From Phoronis australis (taxonomy: Eukaryota; Animalia; Phoronida): a stretch of 64,000 nt of DNA. The position numbers were made by a program, and so were the translations under genes. A model generated the notes under the pieces. The model saw nothing but the letters and a program-made list of their open reading frames with translations, searched no databases and was not told the DNA's origin. Numbering within the stretch: the stretch's first letter is position 1; each line of letters opens with the position of its first letter. Below are positions 12,101-27,600 of the stretch, in pieces. The stretch covers positions 269,126 to 333,125 of the forward strand of contig NMRA01000258.1 of NCBI GenBank assembly GCA_002633005.1. The letters run 5' to 3'.

Positions 12101-15100
12101 ATGAAATGTACAAGACCGAGTGATTATGCAACAAAACTATAAAGATACTTCTCGTTAGCGAATTTCAAATGACCTTGCTTTTATTGATTGTATTACGCAA
12201 TACGTTCAGAACAGTAAAGAGAGAATAAATTGTGATTAACCCGCGGCTGGTCAGGACAGCTTCATCTATCTGTGCTTATTTTGCGGTCCACTTTCACATG
12301 TGAATATTGGAATCAACATCCGATATGTACCATCGCTTTCGGAGGTACACTAACAGTGCTCAGGGACATTGCAGAAGAGGGGCGACCGACCCATCACTAC
12401 AATACTCTGCCCTAAATGTATAGGGGCGGCTTCAGAATTCAGATGTGAGTGAAACAATGATTTCCAAACGACAGAGATTGGCATACGTACAATGAATAAT
12501 ACATGCGTCAGAATACAGTAAAAAATAAACAAGTGATCGGTAAATGTACATTCCAGGGCTTATTCAGTTGTCGCATGGATGATCGGATGTCGTAAATTAC
12601 GGGAAAACCCTACTGCAGTAACTTTTATAGTGGTGCGATACTTTTGTCAAGGCGTGACTTGAAATTTCTTGAGCTAGGCTTAAACAAATATCGCACAATC
12701 AGGTGTTCCCGAGCCCAGATTTCTCTTCTGATCCGATAAGTGGCTTGAATCAAAACCTGTTTTTTTTTACAGAAAGCCTTTGATGCCGCTTGAATCTAAG
12801 TCATTGGAGGTGCTGTGCCTGAACTTTGAATACTCGTAGTTGCTTAATTTCACGATTGCGTATGATGAGCAGTGTTGTAGTGGTGCGTAGGTGCACGTAC
12901 TAGTAGGCGCAGCCAACCATCTTTTTACCTCAAGACTCTTCCTTGCAGTACAGCTGAATGTGAACGAGGAATCAGCGAAATGAATCGCCAGTAAACAGAC
13001 GATCGAAGAGCCCAAAATCTAAGTTGATGACAGAGTATGCATTAAGCTTTGTACTGTTATTGTCATACCTCTCTTGTAAAGACGGTCCTTTCAAAAACTA
13101 CAAGAAAATTACTTTTGTTACAACCAAAGGAACAATTTGAAACCAATTTTATAACGATAAGTGAGGAATTCTGTTTTAATGTCGCTTTTAAATGGGAGTG
13201 CTACTATTCTGAAGGTATTTTTCTAAATTCGAGCTTTTTACTTACTCTGAAACGTGTATTGAGCCTTCACAGTCAATTCCTATAAAAACGAAATGAGCCA
13301 AAATTCAATGCAAGCACTGTGTTTGTGATTAACCAGTGATTCTCCGTTCTCTAATTTTCGTTTCCTGTTTTTACAGTCACTACTCTATAGTCAAGCGGTA
13401 ACTTATTACGTACAAGGATTAAAAATCGACGTGCGTCCCGATGACCACGGGGAAAAATCATCTGAACGCACGGAGTAGTCAAACAAAACAGAGGACGTTT
13501 TCGGAACTGATTCACCATCGTTCTCGCACTTATGAAGAATTTTAGTTTTGAACTATAGGAGCAAATTTTTTTATATTAAACAGCAAACGCAATATTGATT
13601 AAAAACACCTTTACAAATTTAAGGCCATAACACTACCCTTTAGGAGTATTGCACGGCAAAATCACAAGTTCAGTATTTTTTATTTTTATAATTCCAAATA
13701 ACTTTCTTCGCAGGAAAATAACTCACCGTTATCAATATAACACTTCTCATATGTTATATCCCTTCCTCATAATTCTTCTGTCAATGCCAGCGTCATAATT
13801 TTGCGGGACTTCGTCATATTCAACGCGCTAATTATAAAACTGACTGTCCTTGGATGAGGAAGTGTTTGATTTACAAGCATAAATTACCCGCACAGACAAT
13901 TTATCTACGCACTTAAGAATCAATTTTACGCTTACGATAATCAAATTATGTGGAATTGATATATTCTGTTACCGAAATTAATCTAAGCATGAAATTTACA
14001 TTTTTAACATTCACTCATTTGGCTATTTATATATAAGAAACGAAGGTCTGTGTCATCTCAGCTGCACGCCCTTAGAAACGGAGTCTCTTTCAATTCCATC
14101 GAGAAAGTTCGAGAACATTTTGAGGCTTCACAAATTTTTGGCGCCTCAAATATTATTCGATTTTATAATTCAAGACGGCATTTGATGGAATTCAAACTAA
14201 CTGCGTTCAATCAAGGTTTCCTTGCAAACAATGATGGAATCGCGGTAATGTTAATATGTTTTCGATTGTTATGAAATAACAATGCCGTGGAACCATTGTA
14301 CAAACTTGTGTTTATTCACAGCAACACCATGTAAAAAATTAATTAGGATAGTCAGCAGCAACGAAACAACAACAAGTCAAACAGCACAACGTTTGACCGA
14401 CTGCATGATTTTTTGAAAAATATTAAAGCATAAACAAATATCGAAAGAATAGTTAGGCGTCTTACTGCTGAAGACGCGTTGGGGACAGTGATTAGTTAGT
14501 GAAAAGAGCTTGCAGCACTCTGTCTTTTACGTGATTATTGGCTTTGAAGCCTTGGGGACTTTTAGGTGTGTTTGTGAAACATAAAAGTGGAATATGTGTA
14601 ATTAAAGTTGCATTTTGCCCTGTTTAGCTTGCTAAAAACTTAAATGGAGTTAGATATTTAAGTCTCCTAAAATCGGTCTCAAAATATTGATACCGTGAGA
14701 ACTTTCTCTCGTTAATAAAAAGAACATCAAATAACATCAGAGACTCAAGAAAACGTTTTGGAGTTGATTGGGAGAGGGCCAACAAATCGCGAGTTTAAAA
14801 ATGACGTTTAGAAGTACACATTGCCTGTGGATTCTGTTCCCGGCTCATGTGGTAATGAACAACTCAAAATCGAGTAAGAGTGATTTATATTAGTCCCCAG
14901 CTGAAAATGCGTCTTAAGGTAATGTAGGACCGTAGAAAAATGTCCAAACGTGACTTGGTTGGAGGTCTTTCCCTCCAGTTGCCGTAACTCTCCAAGTAAA
15001 GCGTTCAGGCACGTCACGCTGCTGCTTTAGCAATTAGTTTTCAAAATTTCATTGCTCCAAACTTTTGAGGATTGTCGAGGGCTATAGGAAACTGGATGGG

Positions 15101-15669
15101 GAAGTTGCTTTTAATATTGGCTAAAAAGTAAAAACCGACCTTGGCACCCCTTTAATAAAACGACAGGGTCACGTGACCCAATGGCAAATTCGTCAAAAAT
15201 CAATTTCTACGGCTTTTACTTAGTTCGAAAAATACTCTCACCGAGTTGAAATTTAAAATTTTGTAGATATTTGATTTAAAATATAGTCTTGTCGATCAAG
15301 TCCTAAATAATCAAAAAGCTAGTACAGTTATGTAGGGTTGTCATATTCCGAAATAATTCTCTGCTGTTTTACTGAACGCAATCATTTTGCCGTAGTACTA
15401 GTCCCGGGAAGTACGGAGCCTGCATTGGGGTGTGTCCCTTCGATCTCAGTTCATGAGTTGATCTCATAGCATAGCCTTATTTTTTACCTAAGGTGGACAT
15501 CTAAATTGTCATCTGTGCATCTCACTACAGAACTCTCCGAAGTTCTATGATATCGCTCACTAGAAATAGTGGAGTAGTCCCCGGGATTATGCCACGGAGC
15601 ATGACAACTTCAGCCTTGACCTATTTTTAAATAGGTCTAAACGTGACCGTGTTTATGTCAGTCGGCAAT

Positions 15670-18600
15670 ATGGGAGACGACGAGAAGGTTGTGCATATTG
15701 GCTCCAGAAAGTCACAGGTATTACCAAGTTCTGTCTGTCGTCTTTGTGCTTCATTTCTAATATTAGACATTCCTAATCTTCTTCTGGTAATTCGACCTTC
15801 TACTTTTTGAAGATGTTGACGCTCTAAGTTAGTCAGCAGCGGTTAAATGACAGTGTTCGTGTATGTTTATACAGTATGAGTATAGCCTTGGCCGTGGCCT
15901 TGGCTGCTCATAGCTAGGCAACAACATGTTAACAGTACCACCGTCCCTAGTAGGGCTAGTTGAGGCAGTGGTAGTGCTATCTTAGGCAAATCGACGCCCA
16001 TCGGCAGGCTGCATGAGCTGATAAGTGGCGCAGTTGGCACTTGACAAAACGCTGAGGGTAGCCTGAGTTAGACGGACTGTCCTGTCACTGTCAGCCGCAG
16101 GCGTCCTCAGCTTCTGATCGTCCCCAATACACTAATATATAATAATACAAGGTATGACTCTTGGGACAAGGAATTCCACGGGTAATTCATTTCAGCTGTC
16201 TACATCAAACAGAAACATCAATAAATTCACACAAAACAGGGTTTAGACAAACCATCAGCAATTGTTCTTACTTCTAGTACCATATGCATTTGCGGTGTCT
16301 TGTTCTAGCGAGATCACAACAAATTAGCGGTCAAAGCACAAAAATGTTCTCAAAAAGCCCACGCATCGGTCCTCCTTTGATGGCTCGAGGTCAAGGGACG
16401 GTACGGCAATTGATTTGTTATGGAAGGTTACGAAATTGTCTGGCTAAAGTGCAGGAAATTTGAAAACGCAGAATTAGAAGTTGGTTTCATCTGCAGTGCC
16501 CGTTTTATATGATCTACTATAGCCAGTGATAAACTTTTATATAATGTCTCCGCAATTCACAGTCATCAGGTCAGGGATTTGTATACGGAAGTAGTCGTAG
16601 TTTTTCTCCTGGCGGCTAAGTGTAGAGTTATTGATGTCGTGACACTGTGACAAATCAGCAATTGCCGTACCATCCCTTAACCTCAATCCGTCAAAGGAAG
16701 ACTGATGCGTGGGCTTTTTGGGGAACATATTTGTGCTTTGACCGCAAATTTGTTGCGATCTGGCTGGAGCAGGAAACCGTGAATAGTATTAAAAGAAAAA
16801 ACAGTTGTTAATGGTTTGCTGAAGCCCTTTTTTGTGTATAAATTTATTGAGTTATGTGTTTGATATGGGCAGCTGAAGTGAAGCACCCATAGAATTCCTT
16901 GTTCCAAGTGTCATACCTTGTAGTATATGTATATATTATGTAGCGTATTGGGGACAATCAGAAGCTGAGGATGCCTGTGCTGTCAGCTGGTTGTCAAAAT
17001 GACCGTGCATTCACCAGTTCGTGAACCAGCTAAGAATTGCATAGACAGTGACCACCGTCTCTATCTGCCCTTACAAAAATGAACTTAAGTTTTTCGCTGA
17101 AAACTTAAGTTTTTGGAAACTAACTTAAGTTTTAGAGGAAAAACTTAAGTTCTTCCGAAAAACTTCAGTTTTTAAGAGAAACTTAAGTTTTCCAGAAAAC
17201 TTAAGTTTTTACATGGCCCCTATAGGAGCTGGAATTATGCCCCACACTGATTAAATGTTATAGTCACGTTGTTATGTGTATCTTTTGCGCATAGAGATAC
17301 TTAATGAGGCTGTCAATGTCTTTAATTACTTTCAACTTAGTGTTCCCATAATCAAACTTTTTTCTTGGATCAGTCCTCTACAGTATTCAGTTGCCTGAAT
17401 CGGCAACTGACCATTAATATAATGCACGGTCCTAAAGCTAAGCTTACATCGACAATTATGCAACTGGTAGACTCCGCACATGTCAGTTTCTAACCACATG
17501 TACACTGGTACTATAGCGATTGTCAGAAACTAGGCAGTCTGAGTTACCCCCAGTCATGTTTGTGCACTCATAGAAAGCGTTTGGCAGTGACTGAGTTGTA
17601 ACCACCATTGAAGAGTACGCTTAAGAGGCGCTTGTAATCACGTGACATAACAGACATAAATATTTGGGTAGTTATATACTTTCCATTAGTATTCCTTTTT
17701 ATGCAATAGACCAGTTTTCTTTTCATACAATCCTTAAGATCAAGTTTTGCGTAAATATTCACATTTCAGCATGAGCATCATCTGCAGAATCGGTCCAAGC
17801 CATAGACATCGCATTATGGTGATGTCTATGGTCCAAGTATTCGCCATTTTGTTGTGTTTTAGTGTAAAATTAGGTCGCGTGACCACCACAAAGGTCATTC
17901 AAAGGTCACCACTAGTTGCAGCGAGGTGCACATCGGGGTAGACCACAGAGAAACTGAGTGCAACCAGTGGCAAGAAAGTAGAACATTTGCAACTGATAGC
18001 AACCGCGCGTTCAGCTATATGCTGTCACTGGTAAAAAGATGCACATCGGCTTGACTTGAAAACCGATCATTTTCTGTCAGTTGCTCTCAGTTGTCGGTAA
18101 CCTGTTTACAACTGGTTGTGTGCAGTTTTAAGACCAATGTACGCTAGTCTTAAAAGAAGCTCCATCTCTGCTGGAGTCAGCTACAAACAGTGGTCACTGT
18201 CTAAGAATCGCAAAGCCCACATTGCTAGTCTTTGGTATAAGCATTCTACCTTTCTTTTTCAATCCACTGAAATTTGATCTATGGCTGTCTCTGAAATTTT
18301 TACCCAAGCTGGAGAGCGCTCGACCGTCCATACTTATGTAACTCCAACATAAACTGACCTCCGTTCACAACACCCCTAAGTACTTCTGTCATTATGGAGG
18401 AACACTTCACAACAGCTTCTTCAGAGAAACCCACAATCTGACATATATCACTTCCTTGCAAAAACTTCCGTGTTTACACATAGAAAAGTCTTAATTGTTG
18501 TTAATATCTAAACAATTACACTAATATGTGCCATTTGTCCGATTTTTTCATACTGATAGAGCAACATTTCTTTGGGAGATATGGTTTGGGCAACTTGCCA

Positions 18601-21600
18601 GAAGTATGAAATTTCCTACGAAAAACAGTTTCTTGGTAATTAAATGCTGAAAACTATTATAGTGATGATGTGAAAACAAACATTCTTTTTCTGATCAAGT
18701 ACTGACATTTTATTGTATGGCGTTGGCCAATTCCCTCTCACAATGGCTCCCCTTTCTTCGCTTCGCTGGGCTGGTCTGTAAGCCGGAAGTCATCATCGAA
18801 AACCAATTAGATGTCTTATATGTTTGACAAAAGTAACTGAAATTCGAGGCAATCATTTGTGAAACATATAGAGACTGGCATATTAACCATGTGTTTTCTG
18901 AAACACAGATAAGCTATTTTTCAACTTTTGACCATTGTGTAATTTTGCATGAGTGACAAGAATTAGAACCAAGGTGAAGGAATCTTATTGACTACCCCCC
19001 GCCCCCTCGGTCCTTGATGTCATGGTCATACTTTCCGTCCTTACTGACAAGACACTTCTAAATTTCATGTTACATTACCACGCCAGTTGATTGTTTAATA
19101 AACAAGTTTTTGATCACCCTGTTTCATTGAATACATTGCTAATGCCCAATATTTATTTTAAAACATCCATACTCTCTTGAAATGTGGCCTTGATGACTCA
19201 GTACACAAGCTCATCTACAAATAATCACAGACAAAAATTTTAAAAATTGATCTAGGATATAGAAAAATCAGGATTTTTTTGTTGGAATGTTAATCTCTCT
19301 TTAGGCCGAGTTCTTGATTACTAAAAGGATCAAATGAATGTCTGATCCAGTTTCTTCATTTCATACTTTATGTATGAAGATGACAATTTTTACTTTGACC
19401 TATTCACTCTCCCTGACTTGAATATTATAAAAAAGTAAATTTGGTTTGTTCTTAACATTCTTATTACTGGTTTCAGTTGGCTCTAATACAATCCAATCAT
19501 GTGATGGGCTTGCTAAAGAAACAGTTCCCTGACAAGAAGTTTGACATAGGTAAGAAACTTTTTTTAAGTTGCTGTTGATCTATTCTACCACAGACAAATA
19601 GTGATCTGAAAAGGCACATCACCTATGCAAAATGAGCATTTTCAAAGGCGTCCTAGCTGCCTGTTGTCTTGTGATTACATAATATAGAAAGTGCTGTCCT
19701 GACCAATCATGTGCAATCATCAAAGATGAAAAGAGCCAATCACAGGGTAATCGTTGTAGTTGGCTTCCTCATGGTGAGAACTGAGAAGGCAGATCTGCCG
19801 TCTCACAATAAGAAAGCATCTCATTCCGTCTTCTGATTTGGGGGGAGATGAGGCAGGTCTGCAGACGTCTGACCTGTAATTGTCAACTTTTTGAGATGGA
19901 TCAGACTTCCGATTTGCCTTGTAGTCAGCTGGTATGTGAACAACTCATGATTTCATAATACATAAGCCCTAAAAGCGTACTCATGCCATTTTTGCTGTCC
20001 TGATTGGGGACTTGGTGTTTTGTCAGATTACTTCTCCCTTGTGTGCTATGATACCATGTCGTGGAAATGTTTCATTCTTCATATAATATAAGTAGGATGA
20101 AATAAATGTTTTATTATCTTAAAAGTTATATTCTGTACATAGTCACAATCAAACAATGTTTTGAGACATTGTGTGTACAACCATTTCAGAAGCCTTTGAA
20201 AACGAAAAAGGTTCAATTTTGTTAATGATTTAAGTTTGAAATTGGTGAGACTTTATCGTACTTTCTTCTAAGTACAGCTCACATAAGTGACTTAACAGGA
20301 TAAGAGGGGACATTGACTCTGAATATTGGCGACCATGTTTATACTTCACTCAGTGTTGATAATCATATCTCACTTTTGTAAATCATCTCAACTAGTACCT
20401 GATTCAATTTTGAGAAATTCCTACATCTATGAAGGGCTGGTTTTGGGATTTTGAGTCAGTGCCCAGTGTCAGTAGGTAGGTGTGTGTGTGTCTGTGTGTG
20501 AATACTTGTGGTACCATGCTTATCTGTCCTCTTTGATAAAGTCTTGGTGATAGCAACTCATTCATCAGCTTTATCTTGTGTGTACAGGCACCAGGTGTCT
20601 GTTTGCTTGCCCTTCACTTTGTCTTAAGTACTGATTTTGTTTTTTCTGTATAGATATTGAAGTTTGGAAATGGACTAGGTCTTCGATTATCTAATCTTCC
20701 CTGAAATGAAATGAAAGTTTTCCAAGTGTCTAACTTGTCTGTATTTTTTGTTTACTGCCTTGTTCTGACGCTCCTGGTTGCATTTTTATCTGTTCTTCAT
20801 GAAATTTATTCACAGCATGTGCCTCATTAGTATCTCGAGTACTGTCGTATTTTTGTCTGGTTTTCTTTAGCTGGACATGTCCGACAATAAAATGTAACTT
20901 CTTGCTCTGTGTCACTATGTTGTAAAGCTGTCACCAAAGTTTGTACTTCTCTGTTTGTAAAGGTTCCTCCATGTAGAACCTTAAATTCACCAGTGTAACA
21001 CCATACTGCCACAGTATGATATTTCTGCCCATAGCTAGCACCTGCCGTCATGCCAGGTCTGACTGTACAGCTATATTTGTACCTGTTATGACACTGCTAC
21101 TGGTGTTTCATAAATAGAACCACAATGCATTTAGATATGTAAATTTAGTATTTTTGCTGAATGTTATATGAGAACCTAAAAAGTACAAACTTTTGACAGT
21201 GTACTTGTAAGCACATGCATAGCCTGGCATATAAGAAGTTGAGTACAAACCATAACAATGCGCTGTAAAATGAAGATCCATAGCTGGCTTGGTGGCCACA
21301 TTTAACCCTGGACCCAAAATTGATTCCGAAAATTCCAAAATATTATCTGGTCGAAAACATTGTTGTGGTCGATACCAAAATGTGGCATTTGTCATTTGAC
21401 TATTAAGATTCGTCAAAGGTTTGGCATTTTGTATGTTTGCAGTGTTTCTGGTGTTCATCAATCCTGCATGCTCAGAGTCTTGGACTCTCAGTTCAATGGT
21501 AGCAAATGTTTGTCCCACCAGGTACAGTTTGACTATGAGTTAATAAGTGAGTTTTATGGCCTATTTTTCTCCGTTTTCAGTTTCCATGACAACAACTGGA

Positions 21601-24600
21601 GACAACATCCTTGATGTGGCTCTATCAAAGGTAATATTATGTTGACTCTCCACACAAGTTTTTGTATTATATGCATATTTCATTCTTACGTGTTTATCCC
21701 TGTTGTTCATGGCAACTTTCAAGTTTTTATAAGTAAAACACACCTCCACCGAGACCCTGAAAAGCCTTTTTTCAATCAACTTTCAAGTTGTTGCGCCCAC
21801 AGAATGGCCTTGAGTTAAGGTGCAATCAAAGAAGTTAAATAAACCAAACCTTTTTAACTGTTGGAATTATTAGATGAAATAGAAAAGATATCGATATGTT
21901 ATCCCCAAAGCGTTTGCACTCTGAACCTTGCATCATCCACCAGTGGTTCGGCTTAAAACAATGTGCTAGTAGTGACTAGTCCTGATATTAATAGTGGGTC
22001 ATGAAAAACTATTATTGCCATTAGCATAGATTGCAATATCAATATTCAGACAACGTGTTGTGTCAATCTGGCTTCTGCTGTATTTGAATGTGAACTTGTA
22101 GATTGGAGACAAGGCATTGTTCACTAAGGAGCTTGAAAAGGCATTGGAAGACAAGAGGGTGGACTTTGTGGTTCATTCTCTCAAGGACTTGCCGTCAACA
22201 CTACCAAAGGGCTTGGTTATTGGTGCTATTCTCAAGTGAGTCTTCTTGTTGGTACATCAGGGTGTTGAAACGTTTCCATGGTCATGCATCCAAATTCCCT
22301 AACAGTTGTCTAAACTCGAGTCCTAAAATGGCAGATACCAAACCCACAGTACAAATCTCCAAACCATGCTTCTTAACTACACACAAGTGCCGAAAGTTTC
22401 CAATAATAGTACACAGTGATCATATTTCTTTGGAATTTGAAGTTGTGGCCATGGAATCAATAACATTTCCTGAACGTATAACGTTTTGAACATATGAACA
22501 AGTATATATATTATCACCACTTAATGTATGTGATATCACGAGAATTTTCATTTATGATCAACATATGACCCGAATGATATATAATAGTTGGTGCGTCACA
22601 AGCTCATTACCAGAGATGAAAAAAAGGGGAGGCGATATAAGGTCATTTATTATGACTAATACAATTACAAGTAAGGTCAGTTATTATAATGGCTAATACA
22701 ATTACAAGTAATAGTTAGAGACTTATAAGTAAAGTAAAAAATACTAATCTCTGGTATTAGATGGGCAAATGAAAAGCGCCGCCAGAGATGTTGTAAGACA
22801 GCTCATCACCAGGTAAAAAACCCTCACTTTGCAGCAGTTTTAAAGAAGTGAGTCTAGAACAATAAATGCCGCTATTCTTTTCTCAATTTTAACTCTCCTC
22901 TTTTGGGGAGGTATAAAAAGCACATTGTACTCTTGACCTACTTTTCAAATTATTTAGTGGCCTACACACTGTTGAGTTACTTGACAAGTCTTTGACAAGT
23001 GTAAAACTATATTAATTGCACCTCTGGAGGTTTGTTATTTTTTATGTCAGCATTGTGACTCGCTCTGTGGAATGGTAAAACTGTATTGCTGTTAATGCTC
23101 TGAAGGCCTGAACTGATTTTGATGTAAAATGGTGATAAATGCAGTGAATCGTGAACTTGTGAGATGAATGGCCTCTGCATTGTGGGTAAATGATACAGAA
23201 TCAGAGCGTTGCTTGGTATTTCTATATATAACATCTATTCTGCAAAAATTCTCAGTGTGTGTTTCCTATTAGTACCTAGTCCATGCTGTCTATTCACAGG
23301 AGAGACAGTCCATACGATTGTGTACTGATTCACCCCAAGTATAAAGACTACACTCTGGACACACTTCCTCATAACAGGTATGTTGAGGCGTGTACCACAT
23401 GAAACTGAAGCCTATGTCTTGATTAGATTTAGTTTCAAGTTTCACTGTCTTCAGTTGATTTCAATCTCAACTCAATCTTTTGCTTGATCAAGTGTAGCTG
23501 ATTCCAGGGAAAGTGGCTATAAACCGATGTTATATCAAAGAATCTACCTTTTGATTGAAACAACACACTGTTATAAAACTGATCTCATCTTGTCACTGAC
23601 ACAGATGATAAGTGGTTTATGGACTTGCAAAGTAACTGAATTTCATTATTGATTGGCACATTGAATGAGACACCATTACAAGCCAATCTGTAGTGTCCGT
23701 TCTTCAGAGTTGTAGGGTCTTTGCAAACAGAGAATCACGTCTCCTTTATCAAAGGAAATATTTGAAACTAATTTCGTTACATTTGACCTAAATCACAATT
23801 TTTTCTGAGTGCAAACATTATTTCAAACAAGTGTGTATTTCACTCCTACATTCAAACATTCGTGCTGTTTCCCTTGTACCCTAGTCTCTGTGTTCATGCA
23901 CCCAAATATTTATATGTTGACACATTATGTCGTCATCTCCGTCCGTCTGGCGTCCGCTGCTCTATCTCCAAAACCCTTTGACGTATGTTTATGAAATTTT
24001 GCACAAATGTGTTCCCATGACAGCGTTTTCCCGTTCAGTGACTTTACCATAGGTAGGGGTTTCTGAGGGTGGGATAACATCTACCTTCTTTGTTAACTGC
24101 TAAGCACACTCTTTTGTCTGTTATGACAACAAGTAGGCCAATCATCCACCAGGCTTATTACAGACCACGTGTGAACACAGTCAAACGCAGAGTGAATTGG
24201 TGTATTCGGAAAGAATAGATTGTCATAACTTCGGTTGCAGTTCGGCAATTTTGGCGATTCAAAAACTAAACATGATCACCATTTGACGAAGATTTCAGAA
24301 ATGCTATTGGTTTATGTTCAAGTATGTTATAACTTAACTTTTGTTTTTAACATCCCAGCCCAGTCAGGGTAGATAGGATCTTATTGGAGATTAGAGTAGT
24401 GATAAACATATTTCAACTTCTGTCAACTGAGGAACTTGTTGTAATTGGCAGTTCATTCTATTTCAGTTCGGTTGGTACCAGCTCATTACGAAGAATCGCT
24501 CAGCTCAAGCGCAAATACCCTCATTTAATGTTTAAAGATGTTGTATCCTTACTGAGTCTTCTTTAATAGGTGCATTCTAAATGGAAGTTATTTTTGTTTA

Positions 24601-27600
24601 TAGGTTATACTCGCGATAAATAGTTACCAAGGCTGTGGTCTTTGTTATTAATGGCTTACTGTCATAGTTTTATTTTTGCGGGGTTTTCGAAATTATACGA
24701 TTGACACTGATTTCATGTTAGTTAGATAAGTTGTTATGATGTAGTTTTTTATTTCCTTACTTTTTCATAAAAGATATCATGAAGTATCAAACTAACACTT
24801 CACCATAATCAAGTTCAGTACCATAACTAGCATTTATTTAGAAATTATTTTGAGAAATTGTGAGGATTCACAAAACCTTGAAAAAGAAAAAAGTGTAATT
24901 TTGGCAATTACCTTTGTCTGAAATGGTGTGATATTACCATATTAATTATAGTAGACCTACATCATGTATTTTTTTCTGTTTAGTAAATTTGCAAATTCTT
25001 TCAAATCATTTGAAATTTTCTGTGGGCTATAACTGAACAGTGACTTGTAACTTTATGGCTAAATATTTTTTTAAAAATATTTAATAGGTGGTTACATTCT
25101 AAACAAGTTAATAAATTTAAATGAGGTAGTGAGTTTGGGAACTGAAACAAAAAGTGAATAGTGCTTTCACCCCCCTCATGGTGATTTTATTTGAGCTGAC
25201 GTAATGCTAAAATACTTTTGACTCAATATTACCCTTGACTGATTGTGTCAGCGAGGAAACTTGAACACTCGACTCAGGAAGTTAGATGAGGCCGATGACT
25301 TTGCAGCTCTTATTCTGGCTGAGGCAGGACTGGACAGAATGGGCTGGACGGATAGGGTGCATCAGGTATGACGCAATTTATCAAGTTTGGATAATCTTTA
25401 TTATTATTATTGGCAATGTTGATCGAGCTAAAGCGTTCATTTTTTTAAAATTTGGCCAGTATTAGTCAGGTTTGGACAAATTTATTCGAACTTGACTAGT
25501 ATTGTTCAAGCCTTGATGATATTATTCAAGCTTGTCCAATAGTTATCCAGCTTGTTCCAAATTATTCAAGCTTTTTGTGCTTACTTTATTCAAAGTTCCA
25601 CACCAAGCTCAAATGGCCTTGTTAACGATGTGGCACGCATTTTTGTTTTGGGGCACTTGAGTGTACCCCACGAGCAGGGCAATAGATATATTTATTTTGA
25701 TCTCTAGTTGGTAAGAAAACGAGTCGTGCTTGGTGATGAAATTCGCTGAAGAAAGTTAGCTTGAATTGTATTGTTATTCAAAGCTTGCACACTAATGGCT
25801 ACTAAGAGGCAAGGTTTTTCAAGGTTGGAATTCAGAGTTTGAAAAGGTTGTCTGGCTCAACAAACAATCCAGATATTTTGACAAGGCCTTGTGATTCTGG
25901 GCTAAACGTGTGATTGTAGAATGACGACCATATGACATTAAATGTAATGCTCGTTTACCTGTTGCATGCCTTTTATTTGATTTGAGTTGGTGTGAATTTA
26001 TGCAGCAGGTCCATTATCACGTATTACATATAAACATTACTATTTTCAGCCACAAAATTATCCAATACCTTAGTTTTAAAAAAGGCTTGTCACAGTGCAA
26101 TTCAATCGCTGTTGAGAACTTTGATAATGCATTTTTTCACTATTCACTTGATGTTGAGAACTGCAGTTCACCTTGGGCTCTTTAAAGTTCACTGAGCAAT
26201 CTGTGTCTATTTGCAGGTGCTTTCTCCTGAAGACTGTATGTACGCAGTCAGCCAGGGGGCGCTAGCTGTCGAGTGCCGAGAAGATGATACTGAAACATTG
26301 GATCTCCTCAGCTCACTACATGATCAGGATACTCTACTAAGGTGTATCGCTGAACGAGGGCTTCTCAGGAAACTGGTAAGTGAGGGATACTGAATGTTTT
26401 GGGAGTGGTTTACCCTTAGATTTCATTTTTGTCTTCTGTGTAAATTGGTGCTATTTTTAATAGATCTGCTTGGATATTAGCCCATCTCATCTCAGTCTAC
26501 TCTACTCTACTTTCTCTTGCTTGTGCCCTGTTGTTGGGTGCTAGTGTATAGCTTGTCTACATAAACAAGCCCTACAGTGCATGTCCATCATAAATGGAAG
26601 TGTCAAGAATCCCATGAGCATACAGTTGTTCAATATAAGCCCAAGGCCACCTGGATGCAAACTCCTTGACTTTGGAGCTCCCCACGGGCGGATATAGTAA
26701 GTTGTTGTCAGGGATTTGTTTAGCTTTGCATGATCTGTTACTGAATTCAGGGGATTTCTTCTATCGTGGCACTGGTGCCGTTTTTTCAAATGCATTCTGA
26801 GACAGTTGGCAAACACCCTGTGGCAAATAACCTGTGGTCTTGTAATCAGATTGATGCATTGCGTTTTAGGTGGTGAGATTTGAAATGGGGCATATCTTGA
26901 GAATCTTTCGCGCAAAAGATTTTCTTAATTTAAAGCCTTCTGTCAAGTCTTATTTTATGTGATTTTTGCTTAATTGTACTAAAAAGCATATTGCATTAAA
27001 CCTATTCTTTCAGTTCTGGCACACTCAAGTGTTGTTTTCTAACATATTGTTCACACGTCACCCAGTTGTCTGCTCTGTCACTCACCAACACCCATCCCAC
27101 AATGCATTTGAAAAGTGATATCAGCGCCACCAATTGAGCAAGTTTTGCATTATTGTAGATGAAATCCCCATATTTAGCTCAGTTAGTAATAGCACGTCTC
27201 GCCACACAACATTCTCCTAGGTCTCCAGAGCATTACTAGTCCGTCATTATACAATGATTGATCAGAGCTGATGGACACACAATTTGTTTCTCTCTGGTTT
27301 CGGTTGCTTATAGCTGTCCAAAGTAAACTTAGCCCAACCTGTTGACAGTTGAATGCTGACCTTGGGTGAAAAGTCATGACTGCAAAAGACTCCATGGGCT
27401 TTTTGTTGAATGAGATATCAGATCATGATAGCTTGAACTTGTATCATGTTTAGTGTCACCAATCTCAGCTCGTCGTTAATCCCTTCTTGTTTGCCCTTGT
27501 TTCCCATTTAGTCGATGTTCTTAATAAATGTTGGTATTCCAGGAGGGTGGCTGTAGTGTGCCTGTTGCAGTCCATTCTGAAGTCAGGGAAGAAGAGGTGA

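Noticed and set aside
11500-12130. Stop-interrupted protein-like frames on the minus strand between the HMBS copies
   Set aside because: No recognisable motif or splice structure, so a pseudogene call cannot be supported without a search.
15399-15600. Repeated TAGTCCC(C)GG and ACTACA motifs as HMBS promoter elements
   Set aside because: The location is plausible, but the matches are too short and degenerate to assign a factor.
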